Position numbers and translations under genes: made by a program. The notes below the pieces were generated by a model. That model was not told the origin of the DNA. It saw only the letters and a list, made by a program, of their open reading frames with translations, and did no database searches. From Cyanobacteriota bacterium (GTDB lineage: Bacteria > Cyanobacteriota > Cyanobacteriia > PCC-6307 > Cyanobiaceae): a DNA stretch of 64,000 nucleotides. The stretch lies in contig JBJTBH010000218.1 of NCBI GenBank assembly GCA_046091285.1, forward strand, positions 1,176-65,175, given 5' to 3'. This document shows positions 36,409 through 47,601 of this stretch, in pieces; position 1 is the first letter of the stretch, and each line of letters begins with the position of its first letter.

Positions 36409-39099
36409 ATGCCCCCCGTCCCCCCGTCCTCCGTTTCCTCCCCTGACGGCGGCGGCCGCTACAGCCCCAGGGAGCTGGAGGGCCGGTGGCAGCAGGCCTG
36501 GCAGCAGGCCGGGCTCGATCAGACCCCGGAGTCTTCAGGCGACCCGAGCCAGGTGCAGGACACCTTCTATGCCCTGTCGATGTTCCCCTATCCATCGGGG
36601 AATCTGCACATGGGCCACGTCCGGAACTACGTGATCACCGATGTGATCGCCCGGGTACAGCGTCTCAGGGGCCGACGTGTGCTGCATCCGATGGGATGGG
36701 ATGCCTTCGGCCTGCCGGCTGAGAATGCGGCGATCGAGCGTGGAGCGGATCCGGCGGTCTGGACGGATCAGAACATCGCCTCGATGCGGGAGCAGCTGCG
36801 TCAGCTGGGGCTGTCGATCGACTGGAACCGGGAACTGGCCACCTGCCACAGCGACTATTACCGCTGGACTCAATGGCTCTTCCTGCAGTTCCTGGACGCG
36901 GGGCTGGCCTATCAGAAGGACGCCACCGTCAACTGGGATCCGATCGATCAGACGGTGCTCGCCAACGAACAGGTGGATGGTGATGGCCGTTCCTGGCGCT
37001 CCGGGGCCCTGGTGGAGAAGCGACAGTTGCGCCAGTGGTTTCTGAAGATCACCGCCTATGCCGATCAGCTGCTCGATGACCTGCCGAAGCTGGGGGGCTG
37101 GCCGGAGCGGGTGCGGACGATGCAGGCCAACTGGATCGGCCGCAGCACCGGTGCGGACCTGATCTTCGATGTGGTCGATGACAGCGGGGAGGCCAGCGGT
37201 GAACGGATCACCGTGTTCACCACCCGTGCCGACACGATTCATGGCGCCAGCTATGTGGTGCTGGCACCCGAACATCCCCTGGTGACCGCGCTGACCACAG
37301 CGGAGCAGCAGGTGTCCGTGACAGCCTTCTGCGATCTGGTCAGCCGACAGAGCGAGCAGGAGCGAACGGCCGAGGACAGACCGAAACGGGGCGTGCCGAT
37401 CGGAGCCCGGGTGCGGAACCCGGCCAACGGTGAGCTGATCCCGATCTGGATCGCTGATTACGTGCTCGCCGACTACGGCACCGGTGCGGTGATGGGCGTT
37501 CCTGCCCATGATCAGCGCGATTTCCTCTTTGCCCGACAGTACGAACTACCGGTGCGGCAGGTGATCGTGCCCTCCGGTAGCGATGAGCATGCCTTCGAGG
37601 GTGGTCCCTGGACCGAGGCCGGGGTTCTGATCCATTCCGGCCCCTTCGACGGGCTGAGCTCGGAGGAGGCGCGCACCGTCATCGCCACTGCCGCCGAAGC
37701 GCAGGGCTGGGGCCGCTCCCGGGTGCAGTTCCGCCTGCGCGACTGGTTGATCTCCCGCCAGCGCTACTGGGGCTGCCCGATTCCGGTCATTCACTGTGAC
37801 GCGTGCGGCGTGGTGCCGGTGCCTGCGGATCAGCTGCCGGTGGAACTGCCCAGAACGGTGACCCTGGCAGGCAAAGGGGGGTCCCCCCTGGCCCAGCTGG
37901 AGAGCTGGTGGCGGGTGGATTGCCCCCATTGCGGCCGAGCGGCGCGGCGCGAAACCGACACCATGGACACCTTCATGTGTTCCAGCTGGTATTACCTTCG
38001 CTATAGCGATCCTCACAACACGGAGCTCCCCTTTGCCAGGGAATCTGTCAATCAATGGCTACCTGTGAATCAATACGTTGGCGGAATTGAACACGCCATT
38101 CTCCATCTTCTTTATTCAAGATTTTTCACAAAAGTCTTGCGCGATCGTGGGCTTCTTGATTTTGACGAACCCTTCCAGAAGCTTCTGACACAGGGAATGG
38201 TTCAGGGAATCACCTATAAAAATCCGATCACAGGAAAATACATCGCCCCAGCCGATGTCGCAGACTCAAGCGACCCTCGCGATCCGATCAGCGGAGAACG
38301 ACTCGATACTTTCTTTGAGAAAATGTCGAAATCCAAATACAACGGTGTTGATCCTGCTCGGGTGATCGAGCGCTACGGCGCCGACACGGCCCGGATGTTC
38401 ATTCTCTTCAAAGCACCGCCGGAAAAGGATCTTGAATGGGATGAGGCTGATGTTGAAGGTCAGTTCCGCTTCCTGCAACGGATCTGGCGTCTGGCGGAGG
38501 CCGCAGCTGATCGCGGCCTGAGCCTGAACGATGGCGCGGTTACCCCGGCGATGGTGTCCGAGGCCCTGGCCTCCGCTGAACTCAGCAGCGAAGAACGGGA
38601 GATGCGACGGGCCGTGCATACCGCCATCGCCGCCATCACGGAGGACCTCGACGGCGACTATCAATTCAACACCGCCGTCTCGGAGCTGATGAAGCTCAGC
38701 AATGCCATGGCCAACCATCTCGCAGCCAGCCGGCCATGGCTGGCCTGTGAGGCCCTGCGCACACTGCTGATTCTGCTGGCACCCTTTGCCCCGCATCTGG
38801 CCGAGGAACTCTGGACCAGGCTTGGTGGTCGCAAGGCGGCGGATCCGCTGGAGACCAGCAGTCTTCACCGGCAGACCTGGCCCACCGTTGATGCCAGCGC
38901 CCTCGTGCGTGACACGGTGCCGCTGGTGATTCAGATCAAGGGCAAGGTGCGCGGCAGCCTTGAGGTCCCGGCGGATGCCGACAAGTCCACGCTCGAACAA
39001 CTGGCCCTGGCCAGTGACATCGCCCTGAAGTGGCTGGAAGGTCGCCCCCCCAGCCGGGTGATCGTCGTTCCGGGAAAACTGGGGAATCTGGTGCCCTGA
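36409..39099 (+). CDS. leuS: Leucine--tRNA ligase
   Basis: 896 aa. It has the HIGH motif ([13 protein letters not shown]) and the KMSKS motif ([11 protein letters not shown]). Confidence 0.97.
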   Translation: MPPVPPSSVSSPDGGGRYSPRELEGRWQQAWQQAGLDQTPESSGDPSQVQDTFYALSMFPYPSGNLHMGHVRNYVITDVIARVQRLRGRRVLHPMGWDAFGLPAENAAIERGADPAVWTDQNIASMREQLRQLGLSIDWNRELATCHSDYYRWTQWLFLQFLDAGLAYQKDATVNWDPIDQTVLANEQVDGDGRSWRSGALVEKRQLRQWFLKITAYADQLLDDLPKLGGWPERVRTMQANWIGRSTGADLIFDVVDDSGEASGERITVFTTRADTIHGASYVVLAPEHPLVTALTTAEQQVSVTAFCDLVSRQSEQERTAEDRPKRGVPIGARVRNPANGELIPIWIADYVLADYGTGAVMGVPAHDQRDFLFARQYELPVRQVIVPSGSDEHAFEGGPWTEAGVLIHSGPFDGLSSEEARTVIATAAEAQGWGRSRVQFRLRDWLISRQRYWGCPIPVIHCDACGVVPVPADQLPVELPRTVTLAGKGGSPLAQLESWWRVDCPHCGRAARRETDTMDTFMCSSWYYLRYSDPHNTELPFARESVNQWLPVNQYVGGIEHAILHLLYSRFFTKVLRDRGLLDFDEPFQKLLTQGMVQGITYKNPITGKYIAPADVADSSDPRDPISGERLDTFFEKMSKSKYNGVDPARVIERYGADTARMFILFKAPPEKDLEWDEADVEGQFRFLQRIWRLAEAAADRGLSLNDGAVTPAMVSEALASAELSSEEREMRRAVHTAIAAITEDLDGDYQFNTAVSELMKLSNAMANHLAASRPWLACEALRTLLILLAPFAPHLAEELWTRLGGRKAADPLETSSLHRQTWPTVDASALVRDTVPLVIQIKGKVRGSLEVPADADKSTLEQLALASDIALKWLEGRPPSRVIVVPGKLGNLVP

Positions 39100-39123
39100 A
39101 GATTTCTTCAGGGCGCTGCCGAT

Positions 39124-39155
39124 GAGTCCCGGGCGGCACAACCGGCCCGGGACTC
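39124..39155. terminator. 11-bp perfect hairpin between convergent leuS and pgi
   Basis: GAGTCCCGGGC (39124-39134), a 10-nt loop, then GCCCGGGACTC (39145-39155). There is no clear U-run. Confidence 0.55.
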
Positions 39156-39163
39156 AGAACCCA

Positions 39164-40765
39164 TCAGTCGTGGAGAAAGACAAGGCTGTCGGGCTGGCCC
39201 CAATCGCCTCGGGCGCTGATATGGCGGCGGTTGGCGCAGAGATGGCGCAGGATCCAGTAGAGGGGATCGGCACTCGGAAGTTCGAGCTCGGCCTGCAACT
39301 GGGCCAGGGTGTGCTCCTGTCCATCGCCCAACCGCTCCTCCAACCGCACCTGCAGCGCAAGCAAGGCCGCTGCCGCCTTCTTGCCGGCTTCAACACCGGG
39401 CTGGTGGTAGGCATTGACATTGACAAGCTCGCCGTAAAGCCCGACAGCACGCTCAAACAGGGCGATCAGCGCCCCAAGGCTGTGCTCATCGAGGCGCTGC
39501 ATCGTGATGCTCAGGTTCTGGCGGCCTTCCTCGGTCAGGGCGGCCCGGGTGCCCTGAAGGAAGCCATCAAGGAAATCTCCGGGGTTTTCGCCCTCGAGCG
39601 GCGGAATGTCACCGGGATCCTCGAGCACCTCAACGAAGGTGACAAAGAAGTTATCGATGCCATCTCTCAATTGCTGCACATAGGCATGCTGGTCGGTGGA
39701 ACCCTTGTTTCCATAGACCGCCAGCCCCTGTTGTACCACAGCACCGTCGCGGTCGAGCTTCTTGCCCAGGCTTTCCATCACCAGTTGCTGCAGATAGCGA
39801 CTGAAGACCTCCAGGCGATCGCGATAGGGCAGAACCACCATGTCGCGACGACCGCGCCCGCCCCCGGCCGCATACCAGGCCGCCGCCAGCAGGGCCGCAG
39901 GATTGGCCATGGGATCAGCGACACGGGTGGCCGCATCCATCGCCGCGGCACCGTCCAGGAAACGACGGATGTCCGCACCGATCAGCACCCCGGGCAGCAG
40001 TCCGACGGCACTGGTGATGCTGGTGCGGCCCCCGACCCAGTCGAACATGTCGAACCGTTCCAGCCACTGACCGGCCTGGGCCTCCTGATCGAGGCGACTA
40101 CCAAGCATCGTGATCGCCACCGCCTGGTTCGACCAGGTCCCGCCCTTCGCTTCAACGGCACGGCGGGCCTGCATCATGCCGATGTGGGGTTCCGGCGTAC
40201 CACCCGACTTGCTCACCACAACGACAAGGGTGGTGCGCAGCCGCTCCCCCAGAGCCGCCAGAGTGCGACGCATGCCGTCGGGATCGACATTGTCGAAGAA
40301 GTTGAACGGCAGACCGGCGCCAGGTTCCTGCAGGGCCCGGATCATCAGAACCGGACCCAGGCCGGAGCCACCGATGCCGATCCACAGCACATCGGTGAAC
40401 GGAGTGCCTGAGGGGGAAGCCACGCGACCGGCCAGGACATCCCGACCGAAAGACTCGAGGCGATCGACTTCGGAACGGACATGAGCCGCCGCTTCGGGAT
40501 CAGGGGCCAGTGCCGAGGTGCGCAACCAGTAGTGGCCGACCATCCGCTGCTCATCGGCATTGGCGATCGCACCGGCCTCCAGAGCCGCCATCGCCTCAAA
40601 GGCCTTGACGAATCGCGGTTCAAGCGTGTTGATCACGTCCTGATCGATCGCCATCCGACTGACATCCAGCCAGAACCCGAGGGATTCGTCATGCCAGAGC
40701 AGGGAGCAGAACCGCTGCCACTGGGCCTGGGGATCGGTGCTGGTGGCCGGAGGAAGTGTGGTCAT
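39164..40765 (-). CDS. pgi: Glucose-6-phosphate isomerase
   Basis: The ATG at 40765 (MTTLPPATSTDPQAQWQRFCSLLW) gives 533 aa with PGI family motifs (VGGRTSITSAVGLLP). The upstream extension of the track ORF is not protein-like. Confidence 0.93.
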   Translation of the reverse strand: MTTLPPATSTDPQAQWQRFCSLLWHDESLGFWLDVSRMAIDQDVINTLEPRFVKAFEAMAALEAGAIANADEQRMVGHYWLRTSALAPDPEAAAHVRSEVDRLESFGRDVLAGRVASPSGTPFTDVLWIGIGGSGLGPVLMIRALQEPGAGLPFNFFDNVDPDGMRRTLAALGERLRTTLVVVVSKSGGTPEPHIGMMQARRAVEAKGGTWSNQAVAITMLGSRLDQEAQAGQWLERFDMFDWVGGRTSITSAVGLLPGVLIGADIRRFLDGAAAMDAATRVADPMANPAALLAAAWYAAGGGRGRRDMVVLPYRDRLEVFSRYLQQLVMESLGKKLDRDGAVVQQGLAVYGNKGSTDQHAYVQQLRDGIDNFFVTFVEVLEDPGDIPPLEGENPGDFLDGFLQGTRAALTEEGRQNLSITMQRLDEHSLGALIALFERAVGLYGELVNVNAYHQPGVEAGKKAAAALLALQVRLEERLGDGQEHTLAQLQAELELPSADPLYWILRHLCANRRHISARGDWGQPDSLVFLHD

Positions 40766-40972
40766 GGCCCTGACTGGATCGCACTCATGCGAATGGACGC
40801 TATTCCCACAGGGGCCAGGGACACCGCCCTGCTGGACGGTTTCCAGCAAAAAACCATGGACTGAACCGCGACTGTGTGGACAGGCACACAAGCGGAGCCA
40901 GGCCACCGACCCATCCGAGGGACCCGCTTAAACTTCACAGGAATTTCTGATTCTCCGCACGGCGGTCGTTCG

Positions 40973-41854
40973 ATGGCAGCCCCCGCTCGGCAAGCAGATC
41001 AGACCCCTGAAACCGTCGAACCGGAAGGCACCAGCCCTGCAGCCGGATCCGGGCAACAGCCTGGACTTGTCCTGGCCCTGCTGAGTCTGTTCTGCCTCGG
41101 TCTGGGGGCGTTGCCGGCCATGCTCCCGAAGTCTCCGCAGATTCAGCACCGCATCGCCGCCCGAACCTCCCCATCGCAACAGGTCGAGACCCTTCCCGCC
41201 GTCGGCCAGTCGGAGCTCTCCTATTTCACACCCGAGGAACTGGCCGTCCTCGAACGCCATTTCGGTGTGCACGGCTCCCAACCGGCCCTCGCCCAGCTGT
41301 TCTTTGAAGGGGTGGGGCAGTTCCGGCCCCTGCGCCGCCAGACCCTGCGTCTGCTGCAGGAGGTGAGGCCGACCCTGCTCCAGGAATGTGCCCGTCAGAA
41401 CGTCAACCCGATGCTGGTTGCCGCCGTGCTCTACGAGGAAGTGCAACTGGCGAAACCCGGGGAACATCTTCCCGTTGCCGCCCACTCCGGCCTGATCCGC
41501 ACCCACGGTCCGGCCCAGATCAGTCTTGAGGAGCTGGTGATCCAGGGGCGACTGAGCCCGGAGGCCACCGAGGCGGAGAAATACGCGGCAGTCGATCGCC
41601 TGCTCGACCCTGATGAAAATGTCCGGGTGCTGGTCAGCAAATTCGCCCGCCTGACCCGGAAGCTCGGATTTCCCACGGATCGCGTTCCCGAAATCACCGC
41701 TGGAGCCGCTGATGTCAAGGCGCTCGCCACCCTGGCCTATCTCTACAACGGCAAACTCGACTATCCCAGTCGCATCCTGCGCCACATGGAGGATCCTGAG
41801 CTGCATGGCCTGATCTACAGCCAACGACAGGATTCGATCTCAGCGCTGATCTGA
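40973..41854 (+). CDS. Hypothetical membrane-anchored protein
   Basis: The ATG at 40973 (MAAPARQADQ..) is followed by a TM segment (LVLALLSLFCLGLGALPAML) and a ~230-aa soluble domain. No family is recognised with confidence. Confidence 0.65.
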   Translation: MAAPARQADQTPETVEPEGTSPAAGSGQQPGLVLALLSLFCLGLGALPAMLPKSPQIQHRIAARTSPSQQVETLPAVGQSELSYFTPEELAVLERHFGVHGSQPALAQLFFEGVGQFRPLRRQTLRLLQEVRPTLLQECARQNVNPMLVAAVLYEEVQLAKPGEHLPVAAHSGLIRTHGPAQISLEELVIQGRLSPEATEAEKYAAVDRLLDPDENVRVLVSKFARLTRKLGFPTDRVPEITAGAADVKALATLAYLYNGKLDYPSRILRHMEDPELHGLIYSQRQDSISALI

Positions 41855-41911
41855 ATTCAGGGCCTCCCAATGGGAGCACCGGCGGCATCGACGGGCACCG
41901 CAGATTGATCG

Positions 41912-43636
41912 TCAGGTTTGCGGCGGTTCGAAGGCGAGCCACTGAGAACGACGCCGCAGGACCGCAGCGGACGCCTCTGGATCCTCGATCAGCAGCCAAC
42001 GCTTCGGCTGGGGAGCCTCAGGGCGGAGCGACAGCTGCCGAATCTCTCCCCGCCTGGCGATCAGCAGCCGCTGCTCCTTGCCGACCCTGGATGCGAGGCC
42101 CAGCTGTTCCGGCTTCAGCAGGCGGCGATCCTCAAGACCGAGCAGTTCATCGCCGACCATCAGACCGGCGGTCTCCGCCGGTCCACCGCGATGAACGCGC
42201 TGAGCCAGCAGGGAGGTTCCTTCCGCACGCACCGCCAGACCGAGCCAGGGCTCGGTTCCAGGTTCCGGCTGCAGGCGCAGGCCCACATCGGCCAGATAGC
42301 CGTCGAGGTCAGGATCCTCCAGACCGCTCAGCCAGGTCGGAAGGAGCGTCTCCAGATCGGGGGCAGCCGCCCGGAAGGCCGCGATCAGATCGTCATCGCC
42401 GTAGCCCCGTCCCCACCGACCGAGCCGCTGCCAGAGATCGCGCAACACGCTCGCCAGGGACTGATCATGACGACGCAGATGCAGATCAAGAACCAACGCC
42501 AGCACAGCACCCTTGAGGTAATAACTGATCTGGTTGTCGGGGGCGTAGGCATCCGCCCGATACAGCTTCACCCAGGCCTCCATGGAGCTGTCGCGCAGTG
42601 ATTGCACGCGGCGACCCGGCGTGAGGCGAAAACGACTCAGATCCTCGCCAAGGTCCTTCCAGAGGGTGTCCGGTTCAAACAATCCGGCTGCGATCGGCAG
42701 CAACTGATCGACATAGCTGGTGACCCCTTCGGCGAACCACAAGCCGGGAACCACCTGAGGCCGGTGGTAATCGATCGGGGCCAGCTCCCTTGGCCGCAGA
42801 CGTCGCACGTTCCACTGGTGGAAGTATTCATGGGCGACCAGCTGCAGAAAACGACGGTAGCCATCAGGGCTCTCCAGAGCCGATCGGCCGTACACCAAAA
42901 CGCTGGCGTTGTCGTGCTCGAGGCCGCCATAGCCCTCCTCCAGCAGATGCAGGACAAACAGATAGTCAGAACTGGCCGGTCGCTGCATCCCCATCAGCCG
43001 GCAACAGGCCTGGGCAACAGCGCCGACATCCTTCAACAGATCCGGGAATCGCTCGTTCAACCAGGCCTGGCCATCGCCGGCACCAGCCCAGGTGACCCAA
43101 CGATGCGGCACCTCGCCGACACTGAACAGCTGCTCCCGGTGGGGGCCCGCCTCCAGAGGCGCATCAATCAACGCATCGAAATCCGGGGCCAGAAAGCGAC
43201 CATCGGCCTGGCGGTTCAGGGGCAGAAAGGCCTGCCATCCCTCTGGAAGGTCGATGGACAGCGCATGCGGGGACCACCGTTCTCCCTCCACCTCCAGGAC
43301 GATGGCCGCCAACGGAAGAAAGCCATGGTCCTGATCGAGATGGGCGGTGCGCACCGTCAGCTCCGTGGCCATCACGGCATAGCGCACCTCCACCTCCACA
43401 CCCGGGCGGATCGGCACCTGCCAGGTGGCGATCCCGAGGCGACGGACCGGCAGCTGCTGCCCCGCCTGCCAGACCTGCAGGGACTCGAGCTGGCGCACAT
43501 AATCACGGATCAGGTAGGAGCCGGGGGTCCAGGCCGGCAACCTCACCCTCAGGGTGACAACCCGCGGCTTCAGCCGCAGCCGGACCGCGAGGCGATGGGT
43601 GTGCGGCTCACGAAGATCCAGATGGACATCAACCAC
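41912..43636 (-). CDS. M61 family metallopeptidase with C-terminal PDZ domain
   Basis: HExxH in VAHEYFHQWNVRRL. The PDZ-like C-terminus reads GGPAETAGLMVGDELLGL. 574 aa. Confidence 0.85.
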   Translation of the reverse strand: MVDVHLDLREPHTHRLAVRLRLKPRVVTLRVRLPAWTPGSYLIRDYVRQLESLQVWQAGQQLPVRRLGIATWQVPIRPGVEVEVRYAVMATELTVRTAHLDQDHGFLPLAAIVLEVEGERWSPHALSIDLPEGWQAFLPLNRQADGRFLAPDFDALIDAPLEAGPHREQLFSVGEVPHRWVTWAGAGDGQAWLNERFPDLLKDVGAVAQACCRLMGMQRPASSDYLFVLHLLEEGYGGLEHDNASVLVYGRSALESPDGYRRFLQLVAHEYFHQWNVRRLRPRELAPIDYHRPQVVPGLWFAEGVTSYVDQLLPIAAGLFEPDTLWKDLGEDLSRFRLTPGRRVQSLRDSSMEAWVKLYRADAYAPDNQISYYLKGAVLALVLDLHLRRHDQSLASVLRDLWQRLGRWGRGYGDDDLIAAFRAAAPDLETLLPTWLSGLEDPDLDGYLADVGLRLQPEPGTEPWLGLAVRAEGTSLLAQRVHRGGPAETAGLMVGDELLGLEDRRLLKPEQLGLASRVGKEQRLLIARRGEIRQLSLRPEAPQPKRWLLIEDPEASAAVLRRRSQWLAFEPPQT

Positions 43637-43647
43637 GGATCAGACCT

Positions 43648-43992
43648 TCACGCGGAGATCTCGATCCGGGCATCCGCCAGAGACCGACCAGCCTCGCGCA
43701 GGGCCAGGCGGGCAGCATAACGGCGGGTGATCGCACCGATCAGAGGCCGCAGCGCATGGGAACGGCCGATCCGCTGCAGATCCGCCACCAGCGCCAGCTG
43801 GCCATCCCTCTGCCGGCGCCAGCCGATGCGCTGACCATCCGAAAGGGTGACGAACAGATCAACCGGCTGGCGATCGTCGGCGAATCCCTGCAGATCGCCT
43901 CCCGCCATCGGGCTGAGGCCAAGATCCCGCAACGCGGCATCAAGAAGATCCGACTCGCGCAGGACCGTTGGCAGGATGGAGAGATGGGACAT
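43648..43992 (-). CDS. DUF1257 (Ycf35-like) protein
   Basis: MSHLSILPTVLRESDLLDAALRDLGL.. and LALVADLQ fit the DUF1257 pattern. 114 aa. Confidence 0.75.
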   Translation of the reverse strand: MSHLSILPTVLRESDLLDAALRDLGLSPMAGGDLQGFADDRQPVDLFVTLSDGQRIGWRRQRDGQLALVADLQRIGRSHALRPLIGAITRRYAARLALREAGRSLADARIEISA

Positions 43993-43998
43993 GAGGCG

Positions 43999-44691
43999 AT
44001 GCCCGCTTTGTCAGACCCTAGCGATCAGGAGCCATCCATCCAGTGGCCACGGCCACCATCAAGTGGAATCAGCGGGCACAGGACGCTGCGACTGGCGGTG
44101 ATGGCCTCCGGGAACGGAAGCAACTTTCAGGCGCTGGTGGAATCCTGTCGGCGTGGGGAGCTGGCGGCGGAGGTGGTGCTGCTGGCCGTGAACAACGGTG
44201 ATTGCGGTGCGGTGGCCCGCGCCGACCAGCTCGGCATCACCACCGAACTGCATGACCACCGCCGCCATCACAGCCGCGACAGCCTGGACAGCGCCCTGGT
44301 GGAAAGCTTCCAGCGGGCCTCGATCGATCTGGTGGTGATGGCGGGTTGGATGCGCATCGTCACGGCCCGGCTGATCCAGGCCTTCCCCGAGCGACTGGTG
44401 AACATCCATCCCTCCCTGCTTCCCAGCTTCAAGGGGCTCGACGGCGTCGGTCAGGCCCTGGCCGCCGGCGTCACCCTGGCGGGGTGCACCGCCCATCTCG
44501 TCAGCGAGGCGGTGGATTCAGGGCGGATTCTGGTGCAGGCGGCCGTTCCGGTGCTCCCCGGCGATGATCACCACAGCCTCAGCCGGCGGATTCAGGCCCA
44601 GGAGCATCGGATCCTGCCCCTGGCTGTCGCCCTGGCGGGGGAATCCTGGCTCCAGGACCGCCGGGTGGTGACATCCTCCGCCGGGTGGTGA
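43999..44691 (+). CDS. purN: Phosphoribosylglycinamide formyltransferase
   Basis: Contains RLAVMASGNGSNFQAL, NIHPSLLPSFKG and GCTAHLV. In-frame ATGs at 43984 and 43999 are both possible. I chose 43999 because it does not overlap the divergent gene's start. Confidence 0.88.
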   Translation: MPALSDPSDQEPSIQWPRPPSSGISGHRTLRLAVMASGNGSNFQALVESCRRGELAAEVVLLAVNNGDCGAVARADQLGITTELHDHRRHHSRDSLDSALVESFQRASIDLVVMAGWMRIVTARLIQAFPERLVNIHPSLLPSFKGLDGVGQALAAGVTLAGCTAHLVSEAVDSGRILVQAAVPVLPGDDHHSLSRRIQAQEHRILPLAVALAGESWLQDRRVVTSSAGW

Positions 44692-44730
44692 CCCCCTCCG
44701 CCGGGTGGTGACAACCTTCGCCGGGCAGGT
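44658..44730. repeat. Tandem 20-nt repeat x3.6 spanning the purN stop codon
   Basis: The copies are CCGCCGGGTGGTGACATCCT (44658-44677), CCGCCGGGTGGTGACCCCCT (44678-44697), CCGCCGGGTGGTGACAACCT (44698-44717) and the partial TCGCCGGGCAGGT (44718-44730). The purN TGA (44689-44691) lies in copy 2. Confidence 0.95.
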
Positions 44731-45795
44731 TCAGGGGTAGAACGGCAGCAGCGGCAGACCGAGGCTGGCCGGCAGGCCGGCCATCAGATTCAGGGCTTGC
44801 ACGCCCTGGCCTGCCTGCCCCTTGATCAGGTTATCGATGGCGGACATCACAATCAGCTGGCCGGTGCGCTGATCCACCTGGACGGACAACAGCGCCCGAT
44901 TGGTCTGCCGGACCCACTTGGTGGAGGGATAGGTGCCCACAGGCAGCACGGAGACGGAATCGGAATGGCGATAGGCCACTTCCAGAAGAGTGGTGCAGTC
45001 CTCAGCCGTGAGGCCAGGATCCCGTAGGCGGGCATAGACAGTGGCCAGCAGACCGCGCACCATCGGCATCAGATGCGGCGTGAACTGAAGCGCGATCGCC
45101 TGACCCGCCTCCCGGCTGGCCAGCTGTTCGATTTCACTGGTGTGCCGATGTCCGACGACCCCATAGGGAGCGACCGCCTCGGAAGCCTCGGCCAGCAGCA
45201 GATGCTCCTTGGCCGCCCGCCCACCGCCGGAGGTGCCCGTCTTGGCATCGATGATGATTCCGCTCGTTTCAATCAGCCCCTGGCGCAGGAACGGGGCCAG
45301 GGCCAGCAGACTGGCGGTCGGGAAGCAACCGGGAGCGGCCACCAGCCGGGCGGCACGAATGCGCTCCTCCTCCAGTTCCACCAACCCATAGACAGCCTCA
45401 GCGCAGAGTCCGGCGTCATCGCGGGGGTGCTCACGGGCCTCCGTGACATACACCTCACGCCACTGATCCAGGGAGCGGTAGCGATAATCCGCCGACAGAT
45501 CGACCACCTTCAGCCCCCGGACCAGCAGATCGGGGACCAGGCGGGCCGCCAGGCCATTGGGAAGACTGAGAACCACCAGATCGGCCGCCGCCGCGATGGC
45601 CTCCGGATCCGGGGTCTGAATGATCGGATCGCCGGCAAGAGGCAGAAACGGCACCAGCTCGCTCCAACGGCGACCGCTGCTGCGCTCACCACCGAGATAG
45701 GTGACCGTCAGCTGCGGATGATCGGCCAGGAGTCGAAGGGTCTGCAGACCGCCATAACCACTGGCGCCGATGACGGCGACCCGCTGCTGAACCAT
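44731..45795 (-). CDS. argC: N-acetyl-gamma-glutamyl-phosphate reductase
   Basis: The ATG at 45795 gives MVQQRVAVIGASGYGGLQTLRLL. The active-site region reads AAPGCFPTASLLAL. 354 aa. Confidence 0.93.
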   Translation of the reverse strand: MVQQRVAVIGASGYGGLQTLRLLADHPQLTVTYLGGERSSGRRWSELVPFLPLAGDPIIQTPDPEAIAAAADLVVLSLPNGLAARLVPDLLVRGLKVVDLSADYRYRSLDQWREVYVTEAREHPRDDAGLCAEAVYGLVELEEERIRAARLVAAPGCFPTASLLALAPFLRQGLIETSGIIIDAKTGTSGGGRAAKEHLLLAEASEAVAPYGVVGHRHTSEIEQLASREAGQAIALQFTPHLMPMVRGLLATVYARLRDPGLTAEDCTTLLEVAYRHSDSVSVLPVGTYPSTKWVRQTNRALLSVQVDQRTGQLIVMSAIDNLIKGQAGQGVQALNLMAGLPASLGLPLLPFYP

Positions 45796-45929
45796 GCCCG
45801 AAGTTCCTGAACTGACGATCGTACCGGGCTCTATAAAGGCTTCATGCCTGGACGCCATGCCAGCCCGTCCCACCGCCGATCCCGGTGACCCTCTCCGACC
45901 CCACCACGCCTTCCACGACCGCGTCCACC

Positions 45930-47579
45930 ATGGCGGGCCCAGCGATCGTCTTCGATGCGATCGCCGATGCCCTCACCGCCATTCGCAACGGCGAATGCAT
46001 CGTGGTGGTGGATGACGAAAACAGAGAAAACGAAGGGGATCTGATCTGTGCCGCCCAGTTCGCCACGCCGGAACAGATCAATTTCATGGCCACGGAGGCC
46101 CGAGGACTGATCTGCCTGGCCATGGAAGGCAGGCGCCTCGATGATCTCGAGCTGCCTCTGATGGTGGATCGCAACACCGACAGCAATCAGACGGCCTTCA
46201 CCGTCTCGGTGGATGCCGGACCGGAACTTGGGGTGAGCACCGGAATCTCCGCCGAGGATCGGGCCCGCACGATCCAGGTGGCGATCCATCCCGACACCCG
46301 GCCCTCCGATCTACGCCGACCGGGACACATCTTTCCACTGCGGGCCAAGGCCGGCGGCATTCTCAAACGGGCCGGCCACACCGAAGCAGCCGTTGATCTG
46401 GCCCGGATGGCCGGCCTCTACCCCGCCGGCGTGATCTGCGAGATCCAGAACGTCGATGGGTCGATGGCGCGGCTGCCGCAGCTGGTGGACTATGCGCGTC
46501 GGCACGGACTGCGGCTGATCAACATCGCCGATCTGATCAGCTTCCGTCTCGGCACCGAACGCTTTGTGCGCCGCCAGGCGGAAGCGAAGCTGCCCAGCAC
46601 CTTCGGCGACTTCCGCGCCATCGGCTATCACACCGAACTTGACGGCGGCGACCATGTGGCGATCGTCAAGGGCCAACCGGATCTGGCCACAGGTCCGGTT
46701 CTGGTGCGGGTGCACTCGGAGTGCCTGACCGGTGATGCCTTCGGTTCCCTGCGCTGTGACTGCCGCCCGCAACTGGAAGCCGCCCTGCGGATGATCGAGG
46801 CCGCCGGCGAGGGGGTGGTGGTCTATCTGCGCCAGGAGGGCCGCGGCATCGGACTGATCAACAAACTGCGGGCCTACAGCCTCCAGGACGGTGGACTGGA
46901 CACCGTGGAAGCCAACGAACACCTCGGCTTCCCGGCAGACCTGCGCAACTACGGGGTCGGGGCCCAGATCCTCAGCGACCTGGGGGTGCATCGCCTTCGC
47001 CTGATCACGAACAATCCGCGCAAGATCGCCGGTCTCGGCGGCTATGGCCTGCAGGTGGAGGATCGCGTCCCCCTGGTGATGGATGCCTCAAAGCACAACG
47101 CCGCCTATCTGAGCACCAAACGCACCAAGCTCGGACATCTGCTCAATGAGCACGTCGGCGGCCCGACCGCTGTGCTGGCGTGGCATCCCGGCCACAGCAA
47201 CCCGGAGCCTTCAGCTCTGGAAATCCAGGCGACGGAACACTGGAAGGAGCTGCGCAGCCACGGCGAAAGGGAAGGCCTGCAACTGGAGCGCGAAGAACAC
47301 AGTCGGGTGCTGGCCCTGCTGAACCAGCCCCCCCTCGCGGTGCTGGTGACAGGCCCATCAGGAGGGGCCTTGGAGAATCGGCAGCTGAACGCTCTGCTGT
47401 GTCGGATGGCGACCTGGCCCGACACCGCTGAAGTGAACCTGCTGCTGGCCCCGGACGTGCAGCGGAGCACCCACCCTGGCAATGCCCTCGAACCCCGACA
47501 GAGGCCCCTGGGGGAGCTGACCGACGGCCGAAGCCCCGAGGAGCCATGGGATCCGGGAGCCTTGATCCGCTGGAGCTGA
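45930..47579 (+). CDS. ribBA: Bifunctional DHBP synthase / GTP cyclohydrolase II
   Basis: Contains [13 protein letters not shown] (RibB) and [19 protein letters not shown] (RibA). The ATG at 45930 ([15 protein letters not shown]) fits the usual start, and the track GTG at 45885 is an alternative. It carries a ~150-aa C-terminal extension, which I recall as common in cyanobacterial RibBA. Confidence 0.9.
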   Translation: MAGPAIVFDAIADALTAIRNGECIVVVDDENRENEGDLICAAQFATPEQINFMATEARGLICLAMEGRRLDDLELPLMVDRNTDSNQTAFTVSVDAGPELGVSTGISAEDRARTIQVAIHPDTRPSDLRRPGHIFPLRAKAGGILKRAGHTEAAVDLARMAGLYPAGVICEIQNVDGSMARLPQLVDYARRHGLRLINIADLISFRLGTERFVRRQAEAKLPSTFGDFRAIGYHTELDGGDHVAIVKGQPDLATGPVLVRVHSECLTGDAFGSLRCDCRPQLEAALRMIEAAGEGVVVYLRQEGRGIGLINKLRAYSLQDGGLDTVEANEHLGFPADLRNYGVGAQILSDLGVHRLRLITNNPRKIAGLGGYGLQVEDRVPLVMDASKHNAAYLSTKRTKLGHLLNEHVGGPTAVLAWHPGHSNPEPSALEIQATEHWKELRSHGEREGLQLEREEHSRVLALLNQPPLAVLVTGPSGGALENRQLNALLCRMATWPDTAEVNLLLAPDVQRSTHPGNALEPRQRPLGELTDGRSPEEPWDPGALIRWS

Positions 47580-47601
47580 GCCGGTTGATCAAACCATGGC
47601 A

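Noticed and set aside
45796-45929. Looked for an FMN riboswitch upstream of ribBA, a cobalamin riboswitch near metH/cobN (20417-20494; 19451-19498) and a glutamine riboswitch near amt
   Set aside because: The spacers are too short (48-134 nt), and I could not find the conserved cores I remember for these riboswitch classes. A proper cmscan is still needed for certainty.
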